A DNA stretch of 64,000 bases from the NCBI GenBank assembly GCA_040954595.2, contig CM082594.2, positions 7,509,573 to 7,573,572 of the forward strand, in the 5' to 3' direction. The notes under the pieces are model-generated. The model saw only the letters and a program-made list of their open reading frames with translations, searched no databases and was not told the DNA's origin. The DNA comes from Balanoglossus misakiensis (taxonomy: Eukaryota > Animalia > Hemichordata). Within the stretch, counting starts at the first letter, position 1. The number at the start of each line of letters is the position of its first letter. This document shows positions 53,234 through 64,000 of this stretch, one piece after another. The translations under genes were made by a program, and so were the position numbers.

Positions 53234-56200
53234 ATGCCTCCAAAACAGCGCAAGATCGCCATCATGGGTTTCAGATCCGTAGGTAAGCCGTGGTCCAGTT
53301 CTTCTGGAAAACTGCTCGTTCTGCTTTGCGGACGCAGTTGTTTTCTTCGGGCTAAACAAATGACGTACAGGCGCCCTGTTTACTGCATCGCCATACGATT
53401 CAAATTATGTTGGAGCCCGGCACGGGTCAAACCGCAGCTGACACTGTCTCAAAATTCTCGCCTAGTAGCACGAGAACTACGTAAAAACTGAATAATCCAC
53501 AGATCTCGTCTGTTGTGATCTTTCCCATTCAGATCATTATCAATGAAATGTACATGTAGGTGTTCATATCCAGGGCTTTTATCAGATCCCTATGCCAGTT
53601 TCATAATACGATTTGTCTGTTGTAAGTACCGTAAGAAAGGTTTACCCATATTACTGCCGACACCGCGAATATAACACACCGAAAGAGCGATGACCCCAAA
53701 ATGCATCTGTATCATTCATTGTGTGTGCCCATCCTTTGTTTTGATGTATGCATACACAACCATCAAAACAAAGGGCCCCATTTTACATGTGTACATCCAA
53801 AAAATGTTGTATTTTTATTCAACCAACAGGAAAATCCTCGCTTACCATACAGTTTGTGGAGGGACAGTTTGTTGATGCTTACGACCCAACAATAGAAAAC
53901 AGTAAGTATGGCTTTATACATCTAGCTACTGACATCACAATAACAAAAATGACCTTCGAGGTTGTCAAAGATGATGGTACTTTGTCAGATGGGGCGTTGA
54001 CACGGTCACCGAGCTGTTAACCTTCTGTTTACATACACTGCGTGATGAAGGTAACAGATACAAGCAAAGTTCAACCCAGGTTCAATGAACGGACACTCAG
54101 TCGTGACCTTGAGTAGTCGTGTACCATCGCATGGTGACCATGCACAGACCCTTCCAAGAAATCATGACATTCTTCGTGGTAAAAGAACAATACCTGTGTA
54201 AAAAAATTCCATTGTTCTTTTTCAAGTGGTATATAACTATAAATTCCTTCTTGCATTTTACCAATGGTAAGTGTACAGAATGTACTTTCAGGTATCCAAG
54301 GACAAATTGGCATGAAAGCAACAATGCAATCTTTTTATGTCTGACTGACACCCGCTTTCTCTCTTTTCTTCCACAGCATTTACAAAAACATTTAAGGTCA
54401 GAGGTCAAGAATTCCAGCTACAGTTAGTGGATACGGCCGGGCAAGATGAATACTCAATATTTCCACAATCTTACACAGTTGATATTCACGGTTATGTTCT
54501 AGTTTACTCAGTCACGTCAGAAAAAAGGTAAGTGCTTTGGAAGTGATGATTACGTCATAGTAATTTGTGCCCACAACATACATGTTTACATACAAATAAT
54601 GTACCAGTATCATAAATATCATTTACTAACTTTTTGTGTGTTTGTTGTTGTTTGTTACAGTTTTGAAGTAGTAAAAATTATTCATGAAAAATTATTAGAC
54701 ATGATTGGAAAAGTTCAGTAAGTATTCTGCTTTTGGTTTTTCGTACTGTAAAATACTAACTCTGTGAATGATCAACATTATCCAAAGCTGACCAGCAAGT
54801 TTGTATTCTGCACAAGTAATACATACAATCGAAAGTTTCTGCTGTTCAATGGTGATGGAGGATGTCTTGTGTGAAAATTGGCCATCACACAGAGGGTGGG
54901 GCAGCTGAGATTTCTATACTTTCTCAGGAAGTTGTAAAGTGTTCAGGAATATAAATAATCGTGATGACAATCCTAATTATCCAGAGACTCGCATGATGTT
55001 ATCACAGTCATGAGTGTTAGATAAAAATAGCAGTGTTGTGAGACTACAGCGTATTTATTTCAAACTGAATACAATCTCAGGATATGGACTTGAGACTTTT
55101 AATTTCATATCAAAAGTGTTTACTATTATGTCATAACTTATTTATAGTTAGGCCTGATTTCTGTCATTGTAATAACAAGACCCATTTCCTCTTTGATTTA
55201 TTGTATAAAGTTATTCCCATTTCTGCGTTCAGAAATGGTCTGTTCATATAAATGCACAATTAGTAGGGAAATTGGAGCGGGCTTCAAGCTTCGAGCTTGG
55301 AGAACACTACAGAAAATAAACAGAAGAGTTTGTGAAGTGAAATACATGTACATTGGTAATGGCGTTGCGTGGGTGTTGCCTTGACTAAGGGTGTTTTCTG
55401 GTTATGTGACTGTCTGCAATGTTAAGAGGAAGTTTGTATTACTGTCTGAAATGCGGGATTTCCCACAGAGCTGGCAATGTACTTATCTCAGCACACAGAG
55501 CTGATCAGAACTCGGTTTCCAACTGTGTCAGTTCGAACCCAAGGCCAACCTGGGTTTTATGGAAAAAACCTAACACCTCATTGTCACATCACATTACAGT
55601 ATACAAATTCATCAACAATAGCAGCAGATATGAAAGAATGCTTGGTCTTCACTGATAAGACACTCACATCGTGGGCAATGAATTAATTTTCAGGCATCTT
55701 GCTGCAAGATGATTCCCTACTAGAATCTACTTATTGTACCATACTTTCCTGATATTTTTTCATAAAACTATAGTATTTGCCCTTTTTTCTTTGCAGAGTT
55801 CCAATTGTTCTTGTAGGTAACAAGACAGATCTTCACATGGAAAGGTACAGTATGAACTTTCAGCATTCATACCAAACATAGATTGCCATAGTCATTTACA
55901 GAGGAAGACAGACAGACAGAAGGAAAGGGGTGAGACAGAACAACAGACATAGGGAATGAGATTGAGTGAGAGGAGGGAGAAAGAATTCATTGAATAATAT
56001 GTGACTGTCTCTCCTACAGAGTGATTAGTACAGATGTTGGCAGAAGTCTTGCAGAATCATGGAAAGCTGCTTTTGTAGAATCTTCAGCCAAGGAAAATGA
56101 GGTGAGTGTGCTGAACAGACAGAAGTATTGGATAAGAACATCATGTGAAACGGGGCAAGCTTTAATTATGGTTTATACCTGATGGTATCATAAGTTGATC

Positions 56201-56443
56201 TATAGACAGGTGAATCAGGTTTAGGAAAATGTTCTTCACATTTTTTGAAAAGATAATTTTCTCTGTGAAAATGCCAGAAAGCATGATTGAAAACGTATTT
56301 CAGCGCCCTCTATAGGCTTATATGACTTGCCTTCTTTTTTATTTTCACAGAGTGTCATGGATGTTTTTAGAGCTATTCTTGCAGCGACAGAAAAACAAGA
56401 TGGAAATCCGGATCAAGGCAAAGGAGACTGTTCTATATTGTAG
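53234..56443 (+). CDS. RHEB: Ras homolog enriched in brain (mTORC1 activator GTPase), 7 coding exons
   Basis: [17 protein letters not shown]|[23 protein letters not shown] (Rheb-specific Arg in the G1 box), [26 protein letters not shown] and C-terminal CAAX box CSIL*. Confidence 0.97.
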
Positions 56444-57149
56444 AGTTGGGATGTTCAAACGTTCAACGCACTTTGATTGCTAGTTTGGGGGAATGCTTGT
56501 ATGTCACATTAGCTGTTTGGAAAGGGTTCCAAATGAGGAAACTCCTATTGAGTTTTAAATCTGACAAATTTTTTATTTGCTTTCATCATTTTGTGCCGTC
56601 AGCTGCTCGTCACTTTATATTTGGTAAATCGTTTCTAGTTTTTGGTCATCAGTTACCAATCATGGGATAATGCAAATTGAGATTCCCAAGGCAGGACATG
56701 TTGGAACAGATGAAAATCTTTTTGGCTTGTTGGAGCAGATCGAAGCCTCATATAATTTCTTCAAGTCTCTAGAGGTTGTAGATCTGTTTCTCTCAGTTCC
56801 TCGAAGAAAACATTTTGAACTTTTGATGTGGTGGCAGAAAATGTAACACTGAATATTCTGAAGTGGTTTTGTGTGCCATGACATTTTTTAGTTTTTCTTT
56901 CCTTTTACGACTGTGTTTTACTTGTCAAGTATTTGTTGTCGGATCAGGTGGTATATACAGAAGCTCATTGTCTTTACCAAATGAGACAAATGCAAAAAAA
57001 GAAACTATATCAGATATTTTATCGATCCATTTTAGGGTCAAACATGTTTTAATTCAAATCAAAGTTGTTAGTTTGTCAGAGATGACTCCTAGAAAATGAT
57101 GTAAGTGTGTTGGTCCAATAGCAGCTGTAGTGTCAGACCATATATGGAA

Positions 57150-57183
57150 GGGATTACGTGAAGCACGGGATTATGTGAAGCAC
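57150..57183 (+). repeat. 17-bp tandem duplication in the RHEB 3' UTR
   Basis: gggattacgtgaagcac followed by gggattatgtgaagcac (one mismatch). Confidence 0.8.
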
Positions 57184-60100
57184 ATCATTTCTGTTCAATT
57201 TTCCATATGAATCACACAGAACTATATGGCATATTTGAAGGTCTCTTGAAAATCTAGCCCTGAGGTGCCTTCTTCCAATAGGTCAGGGATTAGACTTTTT
57301 TTCTGAAACTTTTCTGTACTCTGAACTTGTTGTGGTAGACGCCCTGTATAGAAAATACACACTGTGTTAAAGTTACAGATTATCAGGTCAAATTTGCCAT
57401 GTATTTGTACAGTGTATCTGTATACTGGCAGAAAATAGAATGTTTAAGTTGTATGTTTTTCTGTGGAACCTTCTGTAAATTGGGGTGGGTGGGTTCGTGG
57501 TCTTCTCTTCTGGTGTGGCTGGCTGGACCTTTACTTTAGTCTTTTTTGTCTAACAGGGTAGCCAGGTTGTACTGTACCATACTATATTATCATAATTCAT
57601 TTATGTACAAAATGTAATTCTGTCTTTTGTCTTTTTTAGTTTTTGTTCCTCTGGGAGAGGGATTTAGTTCACATCTTCCTCGTTGAAGTTTGTCACGTGC
57701 ATTGATCTAAAAGTCAGGAAACCTTATCACAACGCTGTATGTACAATCCTGTGCGGTCTTATTATTATTCACCATTTTATCATAGCAATTAAACACATGT
57801 ATGCAAAAACAAAATGGTTCGTCAAAAATCTGTCTCTGAAAGTTAATTGTTCTCATAACTTGTGATCATTCTGAAACGTTTTTCTGTGGTAGAAATCTGG
57901 GTTTACAAGCATAATTTCTTCAACTTCTAAACAGTAGCAAATTTGTAAGCTTGGTTGTCAGTGGATGGATTGTGTTGAAATCTGTATATACCAGTTTAAA
58001 AAAAAACCTCAACAGTATATTTATTCAACTTTTGAAGCATTCCATTATTAGCAGACTTTTTTCCAAATAGATTCCAGACTGAATGACCTTTAAGGTCAAT
58101 GCATGTGAACTCTGACCTTCTCCCTGAGCAACAGAGCTCCAATTACGGCTCCATGGTTTTGTGAAATTTGTGTATGTATAAATATTATCTTTTACAATTC
58201 TTTGTAAAAAAAAAATAACTTGTAATAAATTAGTAAATAAATTCAGATATTTTGTGAATACAAAAGTTGAATTATGATGCTTTTTAAACCCCTCCGACCC
58301 ATGGTGCTTATGTTTTACTGAACATGATGTGACAGCTTACAGTCCATTTTCTGTACTGAACACAAACAAAAAAATATTTTCACTGTAGCAACCATTCTAT
58401 CCCACGACTTTCATATATATTAGCATAAATACCTACTGTTTCCCCTCCCCCAAGTGATTGCATGACTTAGTATTAACAATTACTTGTCAAAACTTCACCC
58501 ACTCAAGCCCTTTGGGGGTAAATAGAGCGAGGAAATTACGTACTTGAAAGAGTATTAATATCAGCGTTGAAAACTACTTATTTGCACCATGATGTAAAAC
58601 AAAGTCTTGCTGAAGTGAAATTTGGAAAATGTTTTGTGCAATTATCAACTGGTTATAACCCCAGGGGCGACTTAAGAACTTCCTGAAGGGCTGTAACCAC
58701 TTCAAATGCTTCTTGTTGACCTGTGGACACAAACTTTGCCTGAGTGTAAATGGCACCCATTGTAACATGTCACCACTTATCAACTCATAAATTCCACAAC
58801 CTTCGAACGTTACAGGGGTCAGTTAAGCTTCATAAATTCCACACAGAACAAATCTTGGTTGAATGCAGTATGTGCTTTCACTTTGCATTCTACGGAAAAG
58901 GTCATAGTCGTTGAATCCTCACAGGCCTAGATTTAACCGGCCTACATTTAGCCCTCCAAAAAACTGCTTACATGAAGGGAAAATATTATCACGTTGAAAG
59001 GAGATTTATAACAACAGAGGCAAAACTGAACATGATGTATAATCTGCAAGCTGGTAAAACCCACTCTATTAATACACATCGCTTAGACTAAGAGTACTGT
59101 TAGAGAAGTGGAAATCAAAGAATTAGTATAACAGTACTGTGTAAATGCAGATACACCCTTTACTATTCACACTCAAGTAGGACAATAATAAACAAAGAGG
59201 AAGTGATTTCTTGCTTTCTTCTCTGTGTCATTTACTCACTGAATTATAGTTGTGCTTGTATGAATGACTTCTTCCATTTCTAGATCTCCATGGATAAACA
59301 CTGGATGTCTCTGATAACCCTATACTCATATTGTATCAACAGCATTTTTCAGAAACTATGTAAATATGGTACAGAGGTCACCTTAACATGTTAATCCTTA
59401 TAAATCCTTATCACAAAGTCAACAGTGCCAATTTTAGGATCATTGCAGAGGATTTATTCAACATACATGTGTAACAGAGCAAATACTCTACAGGACACCA
59501 AACAAAATTTTCAGGATACAGGATATAGATTGTGTGTAACATTCCCTACAGTACAAGTGTCAATGCTTTGCTTGTCAACATAGCCTGTCTATGTATGACC
59601 ACTGCTATTACTCTTATCGCATTCAGCATAATTCAATGAAACTACATTACCTACATCTTACAACAAACATCAGAGTGTCCTTCTGGTACTTATGGCTGAT
59701 CTTGAGACATGCTTTTAAATACAGTGAGTCTGATTCCAGAGTGCAATAATAGACAGCTTTCTTAAGAATCTGCTGAAAATTACATACACACGGGTCTTGA
59801 TAAACCAATGCAGCATATACCAATAGTTGATGTCATATTTTGTGTCTAACATATTGCATCCTCATTACACTTGCTAAAATAATGACTTCCGTGCATGCAT
59901 ACAACCACTCCAGTTTGGAGTCTATATATATTTCCATGACCTTGGGTAGAGTCTGATTTCAGGAGGCACTGTACAGACGTAATTAAAAAAGCTTGAAGAT
60001 TATTTGGAATATACACTGCCTTCCGCTGCAGCTGGAAAACAATTCATCAGGTCCATCTACTATAACACCAAACAAGAATGGGGCATGGAATTTGTGTGAA

Positions 60101-60787
60101 TTACATGCATTTGCTTTACCGAACTCTAACTTATGAAATAGCAACATGGCAAAGGAAATTCCTCCTTAGTCTGTGTGCAAAAAACAGTTCAAACAAACTC
60201 CAATCTGGCAAGTTTTAACTCCATCATTATTTCAACAAGGAAGATCCAGGATGCATAAGCCACAAATGACACCATACAAATTTGGAGTCTGCAACAAAGG
60301 TAGAAGGCCCACTGTCAGATGTAAAGAATATGCCAGAGTAGATTTGGGCAACTTTGATATTCAAGTGATACCCGGATTATATTACCATTATCATACACCA
60401 ATCAACACTGATGAGCTCTTGCAAGATATGCAGGTCCTATTATATTTCGCTAAAGCCTCCCCGTAATTTAAACTGAAAATTATCATTATGCAACTCATGG
60501 GACAATGGACAATTTATCTGCCTCAAACTTTGGCATATCAATACAGGTAAATTTGTAAATGCTTAAGTAGTACTGGAGGCTTGTGTAAGAGATTTCTTCT
60601 TTTGCTTTTGATTTCTGAGGTACCTCTGGTATTATTCACTTAGCAAATTATTATATTGGTTCCAAGAATCAGATGAGTATCATGGCAATTGATACTTATC
60701 ACTAAATCAATAGGAAGTAATTACATGTAGTTATTAAACAGAAATAGATTGGCTTTTGAGCCAGAAGGAAAAAACAATTCAAAGGTA

Positions 60788-63700
60788 TCACTCAACTATC
60801 TGAAACTCCTCTGCAGTAAAGTGGTCATTGACATGGGCTGAAAAGTCATTCATAGCTATGGAATGGGGGAACAAGGCAAAACAGATGGGACACTCCCGCA
60901 CATCTTCAATGTCTTCACCGAACGCAGCCTGAGCCACATCAGCAACACCCGGGACGTTCTCTTGCAATCTGGCATCCTGTCTCCACGCTTCATCTTGCCT
61001 CCATGTTTCATCCTCATAGCCTTGGTAACCGTGTCCCAGCTGGGGGTACTGATGTTGCGGATGAGTCTGCTGTTCCTGCCCGGTCTGTTGCCAATAGTTG
61101 TGTTGGAGGTGTTCGGCCTGCTGCCAGTCACTGGCAGGGTTGATTGGTGGTTGCTCATTGCTGTCGTGGAGGGGACCCATCTGGCCGCTGCTGCCAGGAT
61201 GGGGTCTGCTGAGACCATCCGCTATAGGCTTACCCTGGGGTGCCGCTTGCGCATCCTGTCCATCAGGTTGGTACATCCGGACACCCCTGCTATTCATCAT
61301 GGTTGCTTCCTCAGATTCCGACGCTTCCGCATCTCCTAGATTGAAGGTAAGGCTGCCCTGAGGAGTTGCTCCTTGCACCTCGTCGGAGAAACTGGGAAAC
61401 TCTACGGGTAGCCTCAGCTCATCCGGCCGGGGATGAAACGTGTACCTGTCAGGAATGACTGGTCCAGGTGGTGCTTTGGTTTCACCTTCTTGGTAAATCC
61501 TGCCCGCACCGTACAAGTCTTCGTCACTGGTGTCTGGCTGTTCCTCTGGGTATCGTTGCAATGTCTGTGGTTGAGGCTGTGACTGTTCTTTCTTCTTTGG
61601 ACCTCCTCCTGGAGGGTAACGGATGTCCAGTTCCGATAGAGGTTTCACCACTGCCTCCATCAACGTTTCGTCGACGTTAACATCTTCGCTTCGCTTTTTG
61701 TCTTGCTTTTTGAGGGTCAGGCTGACTGGGTCTGGAGGGTAGACTGTCGTACCACCATGTTGATCAACTGAAAGAGAACAAGGTGGTGCGTTATTCATTA
61801 GTTAGCAACCTAGACAGCTGCATTTTGTTACCCTCACGGCCAGTCACTATGCATACAGTGAGAACATAATCCTATTTGCTGGGACTCCTGGGCATGGAAA
61901 GTCTTCCCATCCTGCATACATGCTTACTGACACAAACAGTGTAGTGACTCATAATCGCTAAAATATTAATTTCAATTGATGTATTCAATTGATGTAATGA
62001 ACTTATTGCCGTGCAATCCTGCATAAAAATTCCATATAATAGTGTCTTACCTTCTTGCATAGGCATAGATAGCGGTGTGTCATCACCCAGTGGTTTTGGA
62101 AGTGATACCTTTCCAGCTCGCTCCATCAATGTCCTCAACAGCTGCTTCTGCTCATCTATCCTCTCGCGAGCACAGCTGAACAGCTGATCAATGTCATCTA
62201 TGGTTTCCTTGATGTCGTCCTCCATTGCACAGTCCACGACTAAGTCAGTGTCTTCGTCAGTTTGTGACGTCTGCTGCTCCCTGTCCGTGCACTCTTTAGT
62301 AGCGCTGTCTTGTTCTGAGAAACTGGGCAAGGAAGTGCCTGTGTGAACGCTTGGTGCCGATCGCACAACCTGTTTACTTGACGCTACCTCAGCTTCCAGT
62401 GCCTGGATCTTCTTCTCAAATGTATCCCTCACGTCTTCAAACTCGGTGCCCAGTTTTAAATACCTCTTTTTGTAGTCCTCGTTCATTTCCTGCTCTTCCA
62501 TCAAAGCAGTGTCTAACTCCTTCAGATTTGTCGTCAGGTTCTTCACCCGCATCATCAGCTGGTTGTTCACTTCTTCAAACTCCTTCACCTTCCCTTCCAT
62601 CTCGGATATCTTCTTCAGGTGCTCCGCCTTCTCCCGAGATCTCGTCTCTCGCTCCTGCTTCAGATCCCGCTGCAGGGACTCGATTCGCTTTCTGTGCTTG
62701 GGCAGCTCGTCCTGCAGGGAGTTCAACTGTTCGTGAACTATGTCGGATTCCTGCTTTCTCAGAAGGATTTCGCTTTCGTAGCTCCTCAGTTTTGTCTGCA
62801 GAGCCTTCAGCGTTTCATTTTCGTTCTCTGATCCCTGGGCGTTACTTACAGCAGAGGCAGGATTTTTGTCAGGTTCGCTTTCACCAGGTTGTACCTTGCT
62901 TTTGTCCACATCTTCTCCTCTCATCAAGTTTTCCACCCATGAAATTATTTGCTGAAACTCTTCTCGAGTAAATGGCCCATGTTCTTTCACCTGTTTTACC
63001 TAGATAATTACAGGTTGATTGGCAAGATAAAATCAGAGTCATTAAAGCTACTGTATGACAAAAATATAAACATTCTTTACATTCACTTATTTTGCCGTTT
63101 CTCTTTGCCATTGAAAAGGATGTCAGGGTATGATTTTCTTTCACACCACAGTTTATCCACTCAGATAATCAGTTCATCCAAACCATATTATAATAACAAA
63201 AATACGACATTCAACTTCAAAGTGCCAGTATTTCACGATTTCTCTAATTTTGGAGGTAATCAAGTGTTTGTAAGCAAACACATGCTTTTTGCAAACTGGC
63301 ATTACATTTGTATTTCTCTTTGTTTCATCATTAGAGGACAGGCATCAGCAAAAGCCTGTTTAATTATGGATTTTTAAAGATAGTATCTGTTTAAAAATTA
63401 CCCTACAGCTTTGGATCACTTACATAACCCAGAAGATCCTTCAGCTCTGCTTTTATCTTCTTCACTTCCTGTTCTGCCGGATTATCCATCATATACTTGG
63501 AATACTGCTCAAGTATTTGTTTGCGGGATTTCTCAACTTCGTTCAGTCGCTTGGCATATCTCTTGACGTTATTTTCTGCTTCGACTAGCTTCTTCTGTAT
63601 GACAGCGTTGGCATCTTTCAAGACGTGATACGCCGTTCCCAGCTGAGCTTTGGTGCTGTCTGAGTGGTTGATGAAGCTGTCGGAAAAATGTCTAGACTTC

Positions 63701-63822
63701 TGCTGTTCCTCGGGTTCAGGTATTACGGCAAAGTCACTTTCGTAGCTTTTGCTGCTTGATATGCCTATGTAATTGTCAAGTTCAAGGGCATCACTGAAAT
63801 CACTGACCCCACCATCTGCCAT
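60788..63822 (-). CDS. TANK/AZI2(NAP1)/TBKBP1(SINTBAD)-like TBK1 adaptor: coiled coils, TBD-like helix, C-terminal UBZ-type zinc finger
   Basis: Three coding exons (~63822-63424, ~62990-62051, ~61768-60788). N-terminal STKAQLGTAYHVLK resembles the NAP1/SINTBAD 'ALVTAYEDIK' motif. A long coiled coil precedes DIDQLFSCARERIDEQKQLLRTL and PMQE. The C-terminus reads RECPICFALFP..FSAHVNDHF. Confidence 0.65.
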
Positions 63823-64000
63823 GCTTCGTTCAGTTCTGCAGGACAACTTTCTGTTCACTCATTCCTACAATAAGACAAGAGCTTCTTGATAATTTACTTG
63901 ATATAAGTGTAATACAAGCAATAGTTCTTGTATTTGGAGTTAATTTTGACACTCCACAAGGATGCCTAATACTGATTATATTTCTGTTTTTCACCACTAC

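Noticed and set aside
55193-55686. ORFs and AG acceptors within the long fourth RHEB intron
   Set aside because: No GTPase-like sequence or strong paired donor, and the flanking exons already join in frame.
56444-60787. Many short ORFs between RHEB and the adaptor gene
   Set aside because: AT-rich sequence consistent with two long convergent 3' UTRs (AATAAA signals near 58224-58241), with no coding signature.

Overview
Eukaryotic (metazoan, invertebrate-like, possibly lophotrochozoan) genomic DNA. It is gene-dense, with short AT-rich GT-AG introns, and contains no prokaryotic system, CRISPR array, rRNA or tRNA that I can support. I spliced exons by hand and recovered 11 protein-coding genes: the 3' end of a small Cys-rich membrane protein (+), an NKTR/PPIG-type RS cyclophilin (+), translin (-), RNF32 (+), KLHL18 (+), a Lifeguard/TMBIM protein (-), FASTKD1 (+), a very large polycystin-1-like WSC-PKD-REJ-GPS-PLAT-channel receptor (-), FASTKD2 (-), RHEB (+) and a TANK/AZI2/TBKBP1-like adaptor (-). 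The most interesting observations are: (1) a long His/Arg/Ser-rich insertion in a predicted cytoplasmic loop of the polycystin-1-like protein; (2) a TBK1-adaptor-like gene combining NAP1/SINTBAD-like and TANK-like modules; (3) three candidate poison micro-exons in the RS cyclophilin; (4) a RHEB ending in CSIL, which predicts geranylgeranylation; (5) apparent conserved linkage with the vertebrate HOX-bearing paralogous regions; (6) an intronic fold-back element and an unexplained set of antisense exon-like segments. Family calls come from recalled motif similarity, not database searches. CDS coordinates span first to last coding base, including introns.
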